64,000 nt of DNA from Octopus vulgaris (Eukaryota): positions 60,202,001-60,266,000 of the forward strand of contig OX597830.1 of the NCBI GenBank assembly GCA_951406725.2. Reading direction: 5' to 3'. Positions 13,960 through 28,080 of the stretch are shown in pieces (position 1 is the stretch's first letter; every line of letters starts with the position of its first letter). A program made the translations under genes and the position numbers. The notes under the pieces are model-generated. The model made no database searches. It was not told the origin of the DNA and saw only the letters and a list, made by a program, of their open reading frames with translations.

Positions 13960-14290
13960 AGAGTGTACAGTGTTGTTATTGTTGTTGTTATAGTTACTGG
14001 CATTGTTGTTGCTATAGGTGGTGGTGGTGGTGGTGGTGTGCCCATTGTTGCTGTTATTGTTGTGGGTGGTGTTGTGGGTAGCGGTGTGGATGATGTTGTT
14101 GGTATTGTTGTCTGTGTGTGGGATGTTGTTGTCATTGTTGCTGCTGCTATTATCATCATTATTGTTGTTGTTATTATAATAGTTGTTTCTCTTTCGTATG
14201 CTTGTGTTGTTGTTGTTGTTATAGTTGTTTGAGTGAGGAATGTTGTGGTTATCATTGCTGTTATTGTTATTGCCACTATTGTTGTTGTCG
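13960..14290. repeat. (GTT)/(GGT) trinucleotide mosaic
   Basis: Degenerate trinucleotide runs. Confidence 0.8.
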
Positions 14291-14436
14291 TATGTGTATA
14301 TATATATGTATACACACACACACACAAACACACATAAGTTTTATTATGTATTTATTTTACGTCTTTTATGAAACACATCTCTCACGAGAAAAGAGAAACC
14401 ACGTTGTTATTCTACCCACCAAGATAAGTGCAGAGG

Positions 14437-14467
<31 letters not shown>

Positions 14468-14946
14468 ATACATACACATACGCACATACACACACATATA
14501 CATACACGCAGACGTATACATGCTTCTCTTTCCCCCTCTCTCCCCCTCTCTCCACCTCTCTCTCTCTCTGAATATATATGCATATATTTATATATATTTA
14601 TATTTATACATATGCACCTACCCACATACACACCCGTGAGTGCGTGCATACACACGCACACATGTTTATGTATAGATACATAAATAAGTACGTATGTACA
14701 TACACGATGGTACACACCCGCACGCATACCTTGGTGTGCATACTCGCGCATATTTGCGTGCATTTATTTACCCATGCGTCTCTACAACGATGCCATAACT
14801 GGTGACCATGTTTTCTCTGTTCAAAGGCGCCGAGCAAGAAACGGTGTGAAAGCAGAGGAGCCGACACAAACGTACAGACACACAACAGTACATATACTGG
14901 CGTACACAAACCCCTTCACACATACATGTACACACATACATGTGCG

Positions 14947-14991
<45 letters not shown>

Positions 14992-15313
14992 ATACGCATC
15001 TATATAGATGCACGTATACACACATACGTACATGAATTCATACATAGACAGGCACACGACGACACACATACGTTGCATGTCTCGTCTCCTATATCAGTTT
15101 CCCATCGCTAAAAATGACAATTTGAAACGGTGTTTAACGAAATGGAAATATAAGACATGTGAGAACAAGCAATATACTCGGGTACCTCTGAATTGTTGCT
15201 TGACCTTCTAGAAACAGCGGCTAAATATTCTTAAACTCACAACCTACCGTCATAAAAAAAAGAAAAGAACATAGAATAAGATGATCTTATCTAGAAGGAA
15301 TTCGGCAATTTGT

Positions 15314-15632
15314 GGATGCACATGGCCTAGTGGTTAGAGCAGCGGACTCGCGGTCGAGGAATCGCGGGTTCGAATCTCAGACCGGGCGATGTGTGTGTTT
15401 ATGAGCGAAAACACCTAAGCTCCACGCGGCTCCGGCAGAAGGTAATGACGAATTTCTGCTGACTCTTTTGCCACAACGTTCTCTTACTCTTTCTTCCTGC
15501 ATCTTGCAGCTCACCTGCGATGGACCGGCATCCCGTCCTGGTGGGGAACCCATACGCCAAGAAAACTGGGAAACCGGCCCTTATGAGCCGCGCATGGCTC
15601 GAGAAGGAACAAACAACAACAACAACAACAAC
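15314..15632 (+). mobile_element. SINE family B1 (tRNA-like head, (AAC)n tail), full length
   Basis: A box tggcctagtgg, B box gggttcgaatc; perfect 15-bp TSD aattcggcaatttgt (15299-15313 / 15633-15647). Confidence 0.9.
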
Positions 15633-15898
15633 AATTCGGCAATTTGTCTTCGATCCGAAGGATTACAGTAACAGAAGTGATATACCATTTTTCATGAAGC
15701 ATGTAAATTCAAAGACGATGACTTTAACAACAACAACTACAACATCCATTAACAATGACAACAATAGCAACAATATGCTGTTTGAAATCAACAAGTATTA
15801 TTCAAATACAATTTCATCAAATCAACGCCATTTTACGGGTAGCAGAACAAAAATGACGAAACGAATACGCTTTCAGTGTTCTTGCAAGTAAAAGATCT

Positions 15899-16448
15899 AT
15901 CTTTTATTCATTTCAGTGATTAGACTGCAGCCATGCTGGGACACCGCCTTGTAGAACTTTTTAGTCGAATGAATCGACCAAAAGTACTTATTTTTTAAGC
16001 TTGGTACTTACTCTATCAGTTTGTTTTTCCGAACCGCTAGGTTATGGGGACGTAAACAAACCAACGCCGGTTGTCAAGACACACACACTCACACACATAC
16101 ACACATACATATATATATTCATATATGTGTGTGTTTGTATGTATATGTGCCTACTTGTTCATACACCTGTCTTCGTCTTTTATTTTTCTGTAAATTTCGA
16201 CTATATATATATATATACATACATATGTATGTATGTATGTATGTATGTATATATATACATACATTATATATATACATGCATATATATACGAGGGGCTTCT
16301 TCCAGTTTCCATCTACCAAATTCACTCACATGGCCTTTGGTCAGCCCGAGGCTTTAGAAGGAGACACCTGCCCAAGGTTCTACGCAATGAGACTGAACGC
16401 AGAACCATGTGGTTAGGAAGCAAGCTTCTTACCATACAGCCAATTCCT
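15899..16448 (-). mobile_element. SINE family A, with a family E fragment (16156-16203) nested in its microsatellite
   Basis: Tail, body and head all align to 62664-63070. Confidence 0.8.
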
Positions 16449-16650
16449 TGTGACATTTGTTCTGGATCTTTACATTCTAAGTTCAGATCCCATCGTGGTC
16501 AACTTTGCCCTTCATTCTGTCGAAGACGATTAAATAAAATGGTATCAACTAACAGCCGCTCCTAAAATTGGTGTCCCTGTGGCTCAATCAGGGAATGCTA
16601 TTGCTACTGATATTTTCTGAATGCCGTTGTCTGTTTGTGCTACATAGATT

Positions 16651-16734
16651 TCATAGCTTAGTGAGAAGGAAGGGATTATAAGCATCATTTTCGCAGATCC
16701 CTTTGAGACTGGTAAAATTAGGATGACTGATAAT
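16651..16734 (-). pseudogene. Possible exon relic paralogous to the 39617-39807 candidate exon
   Basis: Acceptor ttcttttatcag; TSLKGICENDAYNPFLLTKL* aligns ungapped to SALNGSCEGNGPPTFLVLKP. Confidence 0.3.
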
Positions 16735-16934
16735 CTGATAAAAGAATAGATAAAATGTAAGTTGAGAAGAAATTCCAGAAAATTGTTGTTCCAGTTGGAA
16801 GGATTGGTCGAAATATTTAATGTAGGAACTCCTGTGGTGGTGAGAGAAGAAAGAACAAACGTTTCGATGTTGCGTGGATTAGTTGTCAACATTTGGCGAC
16901 TGGTCTTTTCCAAGCTTCCATTTTGTTACATCTC

Positions 16935-17010
16935 ATTGGGGTCAGATCATCTGGTCTTTTGTCATCAGTACAACACAAACCGGCTGGATCGAGAACAGGC
17001 GGATTATTGA
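16935..17010 (-). mobile_element. CRE-like RLE retrotransposon relic
   Basis: Minus strand reads VLDPAGLCCTDDKRPDDLT, resembling the EPxGLxRxDGKRPDGxT motif. Confidence 0.4.
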
Positions 17011-17147
17011 TTACGGAAAATACCCATTTCATCCTCCTATTGATTTCCGAGTATTCTGGAAACCTACAGGCATTTTCTGACTGGAGAAAAATATGTTATC
17101 CCAAATAATCCACAGATATACTGTAATAACATTTACAGAATATTTAT

Positions 17148-17450
17148 TGTTTGTTCCTTCTCGAGCCATGCCTGGCTCATAAGGGCCGGTTTCCCGGTTT
17201 CTTAGCGTATAGGTGCCTCACCTGGACGGGACGCCGGTCCGTCGCAGGTGAGCTGCAAGATGCAGGAGGAAAGAGTTAGAGAAAGTTGTAACGAAAGAGT
17301 CAGCAGAAGTTTCGCCATTACCTTCTGCCGGAGCCGCGTGGAGCTTAGGTGTTTCGCTCATAAACACACACATCGCCCGGTCTGAGATTCGAACCCACGA
17401 TCCCTCGACCGCGAGTTCGCTGCTCTAACCACTAGACCATGTGCCTCCAC
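17148..17450 (-). mobile_element. SINE family B1, full length
   Basis: Reverse complement of the 15314 copy; TSD acagaatatttat / acaaaatatttat. Confidence 0.9.
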
Positions 17451-17879
17451 ACAAAATATTTATATGGAACAAATATCAGCTGCACCCACTCTCAGTGCTA
17501 GTGTTATTCTTAATTTATTGGGTTGATCCTCACGGCTAAATACTTGACTTCTCGACTAATATTCGGTACAATGACTGCTGATTACAACCCGATAACAAAC
17601 ATACTAAACACTTAAATATGGATTTTATCCTATTGATCATCGCCATATTCCTTCTGAAGACACCACTCTGTGCAGACTTGTAACGTATCCCTTGAAAATT
17701 AGCGCCAAAAACACCAGTATTGTTTATAACCAAAGTACTTGTCTCACAGCAACTAACTTTCAGGAGAAAGATAAGAATACTACGTGGTGTAGTGTGTATA
17801 ACTACCATGAGCAAACGGCGGGATTTTTCTTAGAGAAAATATTAATTATATAAACAAAAGGAATTTTTTTTTCTCGGTG

Positions 17880-18210
17880 ACAATGGCTAGGCTCACACCG
17901 TCAGGGACAAGTAACTCTTATGTGGTCCGAGGAAGACGGTTCTGCAATTTCGCACCGAACAACCTGTACAGATGATTTGTTTATGGTGATCAAATGTTTG
18001 TGCTGTGCATTTTGCCCCCTCCTCCCGTCAAATCGGTGTTGCTTGGGTCGGTGCTCGATATGCCATACGTCAGATGTCAAAGTGATTATGAAGCAATGTG
18101 GGATGAAGTGTTTGCCTCAAGAACACAACGCAACCACCATACCAGGAATTAAAGCCACGACCTCGCGATCGGGAATGGAACACCATTACCACCGAGCCAC
18201 GTGCCTTCGA
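17880..18210 (-). mobile_element. Old tRNA-headed SINE relic
   Basis: Minus strand starts gaaggcacgtggctcggtggt and contains gttgtgttcttgaggcaaacac. Confidence 0.45.
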
Positions 18211-18701
18211 CGTCAGCTCCTAAACGCATTGAGCATGCATCAACACAATTTCAGAATGAGTAGTTGCATGCGTCTGGCGTTGCATATTATAATTACTCTG
18301 TATGTGCGTGTGCGCACGTGTGTGTGTGTGTATGTGTGTGTGTGTGCATATGTGCTTGTCTTCGTGTGAAATTAGAGTATCTGTATGGGGTTAGCTTGGG
18401 TGGGTTTGTCAATGTATGTTCCTGGTTATCTGTGGGATAAGCGATTAATAACTATGTTGTGTCTTTTTATTGGTGTGTGCGTCCGTGTGTGAGTGTATTA
18501 GTGTGTGGGTGAGAGTATTTACGTACATACATGTGTGTGCAAGTTTTCAGTTGAAGATTGTTGTAAATTATTGCAAGTAAAATATTAGACACGGAAAAAC
18601 TTTTAAGGGACAGGATAGCCAAAGATTTATGGGGGCTTTTAATAGTGGCATCATATTACGCATCATGAATTCATGTTTGTGCTCTCTGTTCGATTTTCTA
18701 T

Positions 18702-18912
18702 GCGTGTGTATGTCTCTGTGTATGTCTCTGTGTATGTCTGTGTGTATGTTTCTGTGTATGTCTGTGTGTATGTCTGTGTGTATGTCTCTGTGTATGTCTC
18801 TGTGTATGTCTCTGTGTATGTCTCTGTGTATGTCTGTGTGTATGTCTCTGTGTATGTCTCTGTGTATGTCTGTGTGTATGTCTGTGTGTATGTCTCTGTG
18901 TATGTCTGTGTG
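18702..18912. repeat. 12-bp minisatellite (TGTGTATGTCTS)n
   Basis: About 17 tandem units in two variants. Confidence 0.9.
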
Positions 18913-19433
18913 CCTCTCGGGTGGTTGTGTAAATACATGTGTAAGTGTAATCAGACTACTTGGTGTATGATTGTGTGTGTTGTGTTTTATGCGCTTGTAT
19001 TTATGAGTGCATGTTGTGTATGTGCTGTGATACAGTGTTACGTTAGTGTGTCTGCATATTTCGGTAGAGATGTAAGCTTTTGTAGCTATCGTTTATGGTT
19101 GGGTTTGTGGTCAACATTGGTGTTCCTACTTTTGTGTATGTGTATGCGTTCGTGTCAATGTGCATCCTTGCAGGTGTGAGATTAGTATCACGCTATGTGT
19201 GTGTATAGGTTCTGTGTTGTGTTTGGTGTTGGGATGTGTGCACGTCAACGGTTTGGGTGTGCGCGAGTTGAGATTTACAGCACTAAGTAACATAGCTGTG
19301 TGTGTGGGTGTGTGCGGGATGTGCTTGTATGTGTGTGTACATGTGTGTGGATGAAGGGAGCATATGTAGGTGTGTGCATGTGGTAAAACATGTACACACA
19401 CCACGTGTATATGTGTGTATGTGTATGCATGTA

Positions 19434-19740
19434 TCTATATATATATAAAACCGAGAATGTCTGTCTGTCTGTCTGTATGTGTGCATCACTAAAACTCGAG
19501 AACTACCCAATCGATTTCATTCAAATTTTGCACATGCTTTACGTATGGTCCATGCAGTGTCATGGGCCAAAGCAATGTTCAACGCCATGCCTAATGCTCG
19601 CCCGGAACGATCTCTTATCGCTTACACTATTTCAGTATTACGTGTCAAAAGTGAAACAATAACATCTCTATTGTAATGTGAGATAATACTTTCAGTTGTA
19701 ATAGTTTTATTATTAATACTTTCAGTATGTATTTGATATA
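19434..19740 (+). mobile_element. Helitron-like 5' fragment
   Basis: A|TCTATATATATAAAA followed by (TGTC)n and tcgatttcattcaaatttt; no 3' CTAG found. Confidence 0.5.
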
Positions 19741-19836
19741 TACATAGTGAATCTATTATCTCACATATACACATGCATATATATATATATATATAATATG
19801 CATATATATGTGTGTGTATACATCTGCACATATATA

Positions 19837-19916
<80 letters not shown>

Positions 19917-19943
19917 TGTATATGCATATATGTATATATGCAA

Positions 19944-20001
<58 letters not shown>

Positions 20002-20126
20002 ATGAATGTATGTCTATGCATTTAATGCGTATCTGAAAGCCTGCATTGAATATGTATGTGTGTATGTATTTGCATTTATTCGTAGATGTGGATGCACACA
20101 TACCTACGCGCATCGTAGGTGTGGAT

Positions 20127-20488
20127 GCACCGCCTTTAGTCGAGCAAATCGACCCCGGGACTTATTCTTTGTAAGCCCAGTACTTATTATATCGGTCACT
20201 TTTGCCGAACCGCAAATGGACGGGGACGTAAACACACCAGCATCGGTTGTCAAGCAATGCTAGGGGGACAAACACAGACACACAAACATATACACACACA
20301 CTTATATATATATATACATATATACGACAGGCTTCTTTCAGTTTCCGTCTACCAAATCCACCCACAAGGCATTGGTCGGTCCGGGGCTATAGCAGAAGAC
20401 ACTTGCCCAAGATGCCACGCAGTGGGACTGAACCCGGAACCATGTGGTTGGTAAGCAAGCTACTTACCACACAGCCACTCCTGCGCCT
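20127..20488 (-). mobile_element. SINE family A, tail truncated
   Basis: Close match to 62664-63070; head cagccactcctgcgcct intact. Confidence 0.9.
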
Positions 20489-22235
20489 ATACAGCCTATA
20501 CAGTAATATACAGTTTTCTTTTAATAATTCCCAACTTATTCCTGTGGCTGAGAAAACTTGGGAATGCGTATCATAAATGGTGGATGGAATCCAAGGAAAT
20601 ATGTCCTGTGTGTTTTATGTGATACACAGAGCAGGGAAAGGGTTAACAAAGGTTTTGCTGCTATTTCTAGCATGACTTGTATCTCTGATGGTGATGATGA
20701 GGATGAGGATGATAATGATGGCAGAGTGTGGTGGTGGTAATGGTAGTGATATATGATAATATGAAGTAGTCGCTGCTGCTGCTATTGTTGTTGTTGTTGT
20801 TGTTGGCGCCCCGCTGCTACTGTTGTTTTCGTTGTTGTTGTTACTGTTGTTGTTGTTGTTATCGTTGTTGTTGTCGTTGTTGCTTGTCTTTATTGCTTGA
20901 GCCCCGAGGCCCTGATCCAGCTGTCCTATGACACGCATGTAGTAAGCCTCGAAAGACGAAATACACAAATCATTCTCTTCAGTGATACCGTATCGTCATC
21001 CAGCTTAAGACCAGTCTTACACACTCAGATACGTAATGAAGAATTTCACATAAGGTTCAGTGTAACAGTCTTAGATTATATAAGGCAATCTCTCCAAATG
21101 TCCTTTCGGTTCCTGTATACATCTGTAGATTCTGGTGGTGGCTGCAGTGGGGGAGGATCGCAATTTATGGTGGGAGGGGGGAAATTATCTATGAAAAACC
21201 TATCTGGTTAGATTGGCATTTGATGTGATCAGTCTTCTTTATTTCAAACAGTGTGTCTAGAATTCTTATCCAATACGCCATTACTACATTTTTCTTTACG
21301 ATGCTGGGATTTGATTTGAAGGAGAGAGAGAGAGAGAGAGAGAGAGAGTGTGTGTGTGTGTGTGTGTGTGATGGCTGCTATTTCTAACAGGTCGGGCAGA
21401 CACGTAAAGATTGTTTTAGGTAGGTGATGCGGTGGTTGTGGCGTCGGTGGTTATTGTTGGCGGTGGCGTCGGCAGTTGTTGGTGGTGGTGGTAGCTGTTG
21501 GCAGTGGGGTTGGGTACGAAAGGGGTAGGGACATCTTTGGGGTTTTTTGTTCAGAGGTTTTTGTTCGAGAATGTTGGTTGATGGTGTCAACGGGGGAGGG
21601 GAGGGGGAGTACATTGGGTGAGGAGTGGGGGATTGGGAGGTTGCTGTTCGTGATGGTGGGGTGTTGACCGAATGTTAAGTGCTAACAATGGTAACGGGTG
21701 GATGTGTTTGTGTTATAGAATGCAAGCAGTCATGAAACAGCTGCGGTGTATCACATAACCTACATCAGCAAAACTGCTTTCGCGCCGAAATCTTATGTAA
21801 GCACATACGCACACACGCACCCCCCTCCCTCCCTCACACAAAAACAAACATAGACACAACTACACACTCACCATATTATTCCTCTTTCTCTCTCCTTCTC
21901 ACACACTCAATTATTCTCATGCACGCAGACACAGCTACACACACACACACGCACACTTACACAGACAGATGTATATATATATGTACACGTATATTTATAA
22001 GATGTCTCTCAATGCCAATACCCTCATCTCAACCTGACCTTTATATTAACTAATCAAATAGACAGATACAAAAAATTCATTTTGCTCTTATATAACTCAT
22101 ATTACATTCCCCCGTGTGATTGGTTGTTTGTGTGGTCACATGTACAATTATGTATACGAATAGTGGTCATGGTCAGTGCGTGTATGCATAATTATTTGTT
22201 TATAAAGATATATCCGTGCATATATATATATATAT

Positions 22236-22270
<35 letters not shown>

Positions 22271-22294
22271 TGTAGATATATATACATATGTATG

Positions 22295-22346
<52 letters not shown>

Positions 22347-22510
22347 ATAGATATAGATATATATAGATATGTAGATATATATACATATGTATGTATGTAT
22401 ATATATATATGTATATATAAATATATATATATATATACATATATACATATATACATATATAGATTTATGTATATATATATATATATACATATATACATAT
22501 ATATACATAT

Positions 22511-22584
<74 letters not shown>

Positions 22585-22628
22585 TGTGCGTGTGTGCCTG
22601 CAGTCAAATGACTGAAACAAGTAAACGA

Positions 22629-22688
<60 letters not shown>

Positions 22689-23665
22689 TCACATATTAGT
22701 ACATAGGACGTATATGCAAATGGAGATATGTATGCGTGCGTGTGTGTGTGCGCAAGCGTTTGTGTGTACACATTTACACACACGTAGACCCTGCAATCTA
22801 TGTGTACAGTTATTAAAAGAAACGTCTGTATGGCACTCTAGCCGTATGTATATATTCATACACGAATACATAAGCACACGCATACACACGCATACACACA
22901 CGAACACATATACACAGACACACACGTGTATATAAATATATAGCTTGTCTTCCTGTTCCTCTTTTACCTTCTCTTTCTTCCCCTCACTCCTGTGTGGGTG
23001 TATGTATATATGCATATGTATGCATATGCACTTATATATACATATGTTACTTTGCAGCATTTAGCTCTTGATGTGTAAACTCTGCGTCGCAGTTTTTCCT
23101 ATCTGGTCATCGGTACAATTCCGGTGCTCGTTACTAGTGAGGTTTTTTTGTTTTCCATACGTCTCACAATGTGTTTTCTTGACTTTTCCTTTTATATTTT
23201 GTAGAACTTTTGGTGCTGCTGTCGTTCTCTTCTGCTGCATATTTCTTGCTTGCTCTATTGATATAGACTGTCGTTAGTCACTCGTAAGATTAACATTTCT
23301 TTTCGTAAACCACTATTTGTTCTTGGTTTTTCTCTTGTGTTATGGAGACTGGTTTTCAAAGCACGAAGACGTCATTTGTTCTCTGAATGTGTGTCTTTGT
23401 GTGTGTGTGTGTGTGTATGTGTGCGAGTGTATGTGTGTGTGTGTGTCTTTGTGTGTGTGTATGTATATATATGTATTTATAGTTGTGTGTATATATATAT
23501 ATATATGTATGTATGTATATATATATATATATGGGGGGGCGTGTGTGTGTCAGTGTGTCAGTGTGTAAGTGTGTGTGTGAGAGTGAGTGTGTGTGTATGC
23601 ATATATATATGTGTGTGTGTATGTATGTATGTATGTATGTATATATACGTATATATAGTTGTATG

Positions 23666-23696
<31 letters not shown>

Positions 23697-24510
23697 GTAT
23701 GTATGAATATATATATGTGTGGGTGTGTGTGTGTGTGTGTATGGAAAGTGTGTATATCTGCTTTTCAGTAAGCTGTTTCTAGCACATCCAATCCAAAAAA
23801 GATTCCTGCTAAATTTATATATATCAATTGCTATTTTTAATCGTACGCCAAATAATCTAAATAATATAAAATAATATTATATGAAAATCACAGATACATA
23901 TATACACCCATGCATGCATACACACATATGCGTATATATGTATATATACACATTCAAACATATATATGCATACACACACGCGCACACACGATTTGTTGTT
24001 TCCTTACAGCACAGCCAATGCTCTCAGTTTTCGCTTGTGGTTTACTTGGTCGCGAAACGTGAAAAACATTTTTAATTAGTTTAATAATGAATTCACTGAT
24101 AGGTATGATGGTGCTGGTAAAGCCTGAAGAATCAAAGAGAAGTGTAGTAATGAAAGGAGAAGACTCAATAACATCGGAGTGTTGTCTGTTAGTAATACTA
24201 TGAAACCATTCTGTTACTGACGTACTTGCATTTGCCCAACAAAGAAAATGATGAGACATTTGCTTTATTCTAAGTAAAACTGAACGGTGGGTATGCTTGA
24301 CAACTATTCCTAAATCAGATTGCGCTTAGGATTACTAGAGAAAGTAAGCTTGTGATCTTTAAGAGTAATAAATGATGTGCTATGTGCTACCTTGTCATCT
24401 ATATTAAAGTCGGTGGATTAGATTTTTGCTTTCGTGCTCAAAAAAAAGAAAAAAGTTTACATACATACAGACATACATACACACACACGCACATATATGT
24501 ATGTTTTGTA

Positions 24511-24657
24511 GTTCGGCAAAGATACCGATAAAATATGTACTAAGCTTACAAAGAATAAGTCCTGGGGTTGGTTTGTTTGACTAAAGGCGGTGCGCCAGTA
24601 TGGCTGCAGTCAAAATGACTGAAACAAGTGAAAGAATAAAGAATAAAGAATAAAAGA
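24511..24657 (+). mobile_element. SINE family A 3' part
   Basis: cttacaaagaataagtcctgggg...aggcggtgc...gactgaaacaagt. Confidence 0.75.
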
Positions 24658-24690
<33 letters not shown>

Positions 24691-24693
<3 letters not shown>

Positions 24694-24880
24694 CGAGAAT
24701 TTACAAAAAAAAAAAAGGGCGAAAACGGGTGTGTAAACAACAAACAGATGTATTAGTTTAACGCTCGGAAAGTGAGAAAGTCTTTTACGTTTCGAGCCTA
24801 CGCTCTTCAACAGAAAGGAACGCAGAAATAAACAGGGAGAGAAAATAGAAAAAGGTATAGTAGCTAGCGACCTATCATAT
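24691..24880 (-). mobile_element. Family E (TA)n-associated element with variant minimal hammerhead (24782-24817)
   Basis: Minus strand CUUU-CUGUUGA-A-GAGC(GUAG)GCUC-GAAA-CGUA^-AAAG; second copy at 49166. Confidence 0.65.
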
Positions 24881-25109
24881 AGCGACCTTTCCAAGTCCAT
24901 ATTTTATTTCTACTTTTACATTTTATTTTTTGTACAACTGTAATATGGTCAACGTATGACATGTTTTATTTAAATAATATCTAACCAATATATTTAGATA
25001 TTAGATTTAGATTTTTTCATTGTATTTCATTTAACTATTTTTCTCGCGTTCTACTTTGGAAGAAATTCGGAATTACGATTTCGAATTTTCAGTTACCAAT
25101 ATAGCTGTT

Positions 25110-25114
25110 TATCA

Positions 25115-25210
<96 letters not shown>

Positions 25211-25344
25211 GTATTTTGTCCCTTCTGTGTTTAGCCCTGCGTGGCCAATAAAGAAATCTATCTATCAAGCTATCTATCTGTCTGTCTATCTGTCAGCCCA
25301 TCTGTCCCTCTCTCTCTTTCTTTCTTTCTTTCTTTCTCTCTCTG

Positions 25345-25382
<38 letters not shown>

Positions 25383-25420
25383 AATCAAGCTATCTATCTG
25401 TCTATCTGTCAGTCTATCTG

Positions 25421-25475
<55 letters not shown>

Positions 25476-25498
25476 TTCTCTCTCTCTATCTCTGTCTG

Positions 25499-25569
<71 letters not shown>

Positions 25570-25633
25570 GTCTGTATATCTATCTATCTATCTATCTATC
25601 TATTTATCTATCTATCTGTCTATCTATCTCTAT

Positions 25634-25707
<74 letters not shown>

Positions 25708-25735
25708 GTCTATCTAACTATCTATCCATCTATCA
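25110..25735. repeat. (CTAT)n/(CT)n compound microsatellite with a SINE C tail fragment at 25213-25256
   Basis: Direct inspection; tgtgtttagccc...taaagaaat matches the family C 3' end. Confidence 0.85.
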
Positions 25736-25939
25736 ATATGCGTACGCCTGCATGTCTGTATGTGCATGTCTGTATGTGCATGTGTGTATGTGCGTGTGTG
25801 TTTGTATACGAGCCTGGCCGGTTGTAAATTATGACTTCACTGTATTAAGGCTGTCAACAAGACAGTTAAAAACTGTGACAGGAAAACGATCTCACGACAC
25901 CCACTTCCTCTCTGCTCTTACTATCATATATTATCATTA

Positions 25940-27041
25940 CAGCCGGCATCACCACCAACAACATCAACAACAACAACAATATTATTAACAATAACAATAA
26001 CAAATCACAGCGCCCAGCACTTGCATAACATGCGCGATATTATCAACGCCGAGGTCCAGCACCGCCATCACTACAACGGAAAGATAGCCTCACCACCCTC
26101 ACAGTCGCCCACGACACCCACCCTTGGCCATCAGCAAAACAACCTACACCACATTGTCACCAACACACCACCAACTGTGCCTACACCGCGACTCAGCCCA
26201 CAACATCACTTTCATCGCGGTTGAGCCTACCCCCACCCCAACACTACCACCAACCATAAGAAAAAAACATCACCTTCTTTTGAAAGAATCACACAACCCC
26301 CCCACCCCCACCGCCATCGACACCGCTCCCAGCCCTTACTATTGTGCCCTACACATCACAGAACTCTCTTTGACCGACTTTCTCTTTACCACTCCCCCCA
26401 TTCCAAAGCCCCTCCTCATCCACCAATCCATCGCCTACCCCATACCCCCCACCCCCACCCCGACCCTATAATTGTTGTTTCAATTACACGCCATAAATAT
26501 TGTACATGTCTATGCTCACTGTCACCCCCCAACCCCACAACCACCACTACCACCACCACCACCACCACCACCACCACCACCACCACTACCACCACTACCA
26601 CCATCACACCACCACCACCACCCCTACCACCACCACCACCATCACACCAAAAACACCACCACCACCACCACCACTACCACCACCACAACCACTACCACCA
26701 TCACCACCATCACACCACTACCACCACCACCACCACCACCACAGAAAGGGGCAACAATACAGGATCACCGCATCTGCCTGAAAATGCAGTTAGATCTCAG
26801 CCAAAATCAAGAAAAAGGAAGGACACATTAGATAAAACGGTCCAAGGCCCTGGATGGATTTCCTTTGAAAAATAAGGCTGCTTGATTCGGGTCTGATTTG
26901 AAGCTAAACAACAAAACATTGGTACAAGACCTACTACTACCACCCAAACCACTACTATACTAACACTCCCTATGACACCACCAACACCACCGACCCCCTC
27001 CTATTTCTCCATGATACCATCCAAACAAGACAATGAGTCGT

Positions 27042-27094
<53 letters not shown>

Positions 27095-27104
27095 GCTGCT
27101 GCTG

Positions 27105-27144
<40 letters not shown>

Positions 27145-28080
27145 CTCCATCATTACAGCAACAATATCATCAACAAAACCAATGTTCTACTCTTGTCTCA
27201 TCCCGTGTCAAACATCTGCATCGAAATTTTCACCACCACCACGACTACAACCACCACTGCCACCACCACCACAAACCCGCTGCTACCGACACTGCAACCG
27301 TTACCACAGCCACCATCATCATCATCATCGTCATCATCATGACCATGACCACCATCCCACATAATCATCATCGTCATGATGACCATTATCATCATCATCA
27401 TCATCCACCTCACGATTACAGTCGACATAACCAACATTATAACTACGCAACCATCATACCACTGCATTGACAGATGAAAGCCTTTATCCACCCCTACACA
27501 CATTCACACTATCACCACCACCACCACCACCACCACTACCACCACTATCACAACCACCGATATAATCCCACACCCACCAAAACCATTACTACCACCACTA
27601 CCATTAGTACCATCGCAACCACCTCCATGACAACGACCTATACTATCATCTTCACCACAACGACTACTACCACAAGCACTACAACAACAATCACCGCACC
27701 ACTACCACCACTACCATTATCAGCACAACTATTACTGCAGCTACCTCCAGCAAAACAACCAATATCCCTACTACCACCACCACCACCACCACCACCATCA
27801 ACACAGCCACTACCACTACAAACATCACAACAACCATCACTACCATCGCTACTGCTACTACCACGACTATCGCCATACCACCACCACCACCACGTCACAA
27901 CAACAACAAAGACAATACTGTCAACACCATCAACAACTACTACAACTACCACTACTACTACTCCTACAACTACTACTACTACTACTACTACTACTCTATC
28001 TCCATTACTGTCACTACTACTATTACTGCCACACGCCGTCACCACCATCGCTCCCACCCCCTCACTCCTGTCGATTCAAC
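25940..28080. repeat. ~2-kb CAC/TAC/CAT/CAA trinucleotide mosaic
   Basis: Strongly C/A-skewed degenerate triplets that explain the poly-T/H/P ORFs. Confidence 0.85.

Noticed and set aside
15314-15390. tRNA-like sequences (also 41351, 43147, 45821)
   Set aside because: They are SINE heads that continue into shared bodies, mostly with TSDs; not tRNA genes.
18702-18912. Regular 12-bp array as CRISPR-like or coding repeat
   Set aside because: No unique spacers; a minisatellite derived from TG repeats.
23205-23283. Plus-strand AG...GTAAGA-bounded segment
   Set aside because: No partner exons and no recognisable peptide.
25056-25988. Longest ORF (310 aa)
   Set aside because: Mostly (CTAT)n and (CT)n; no domain.
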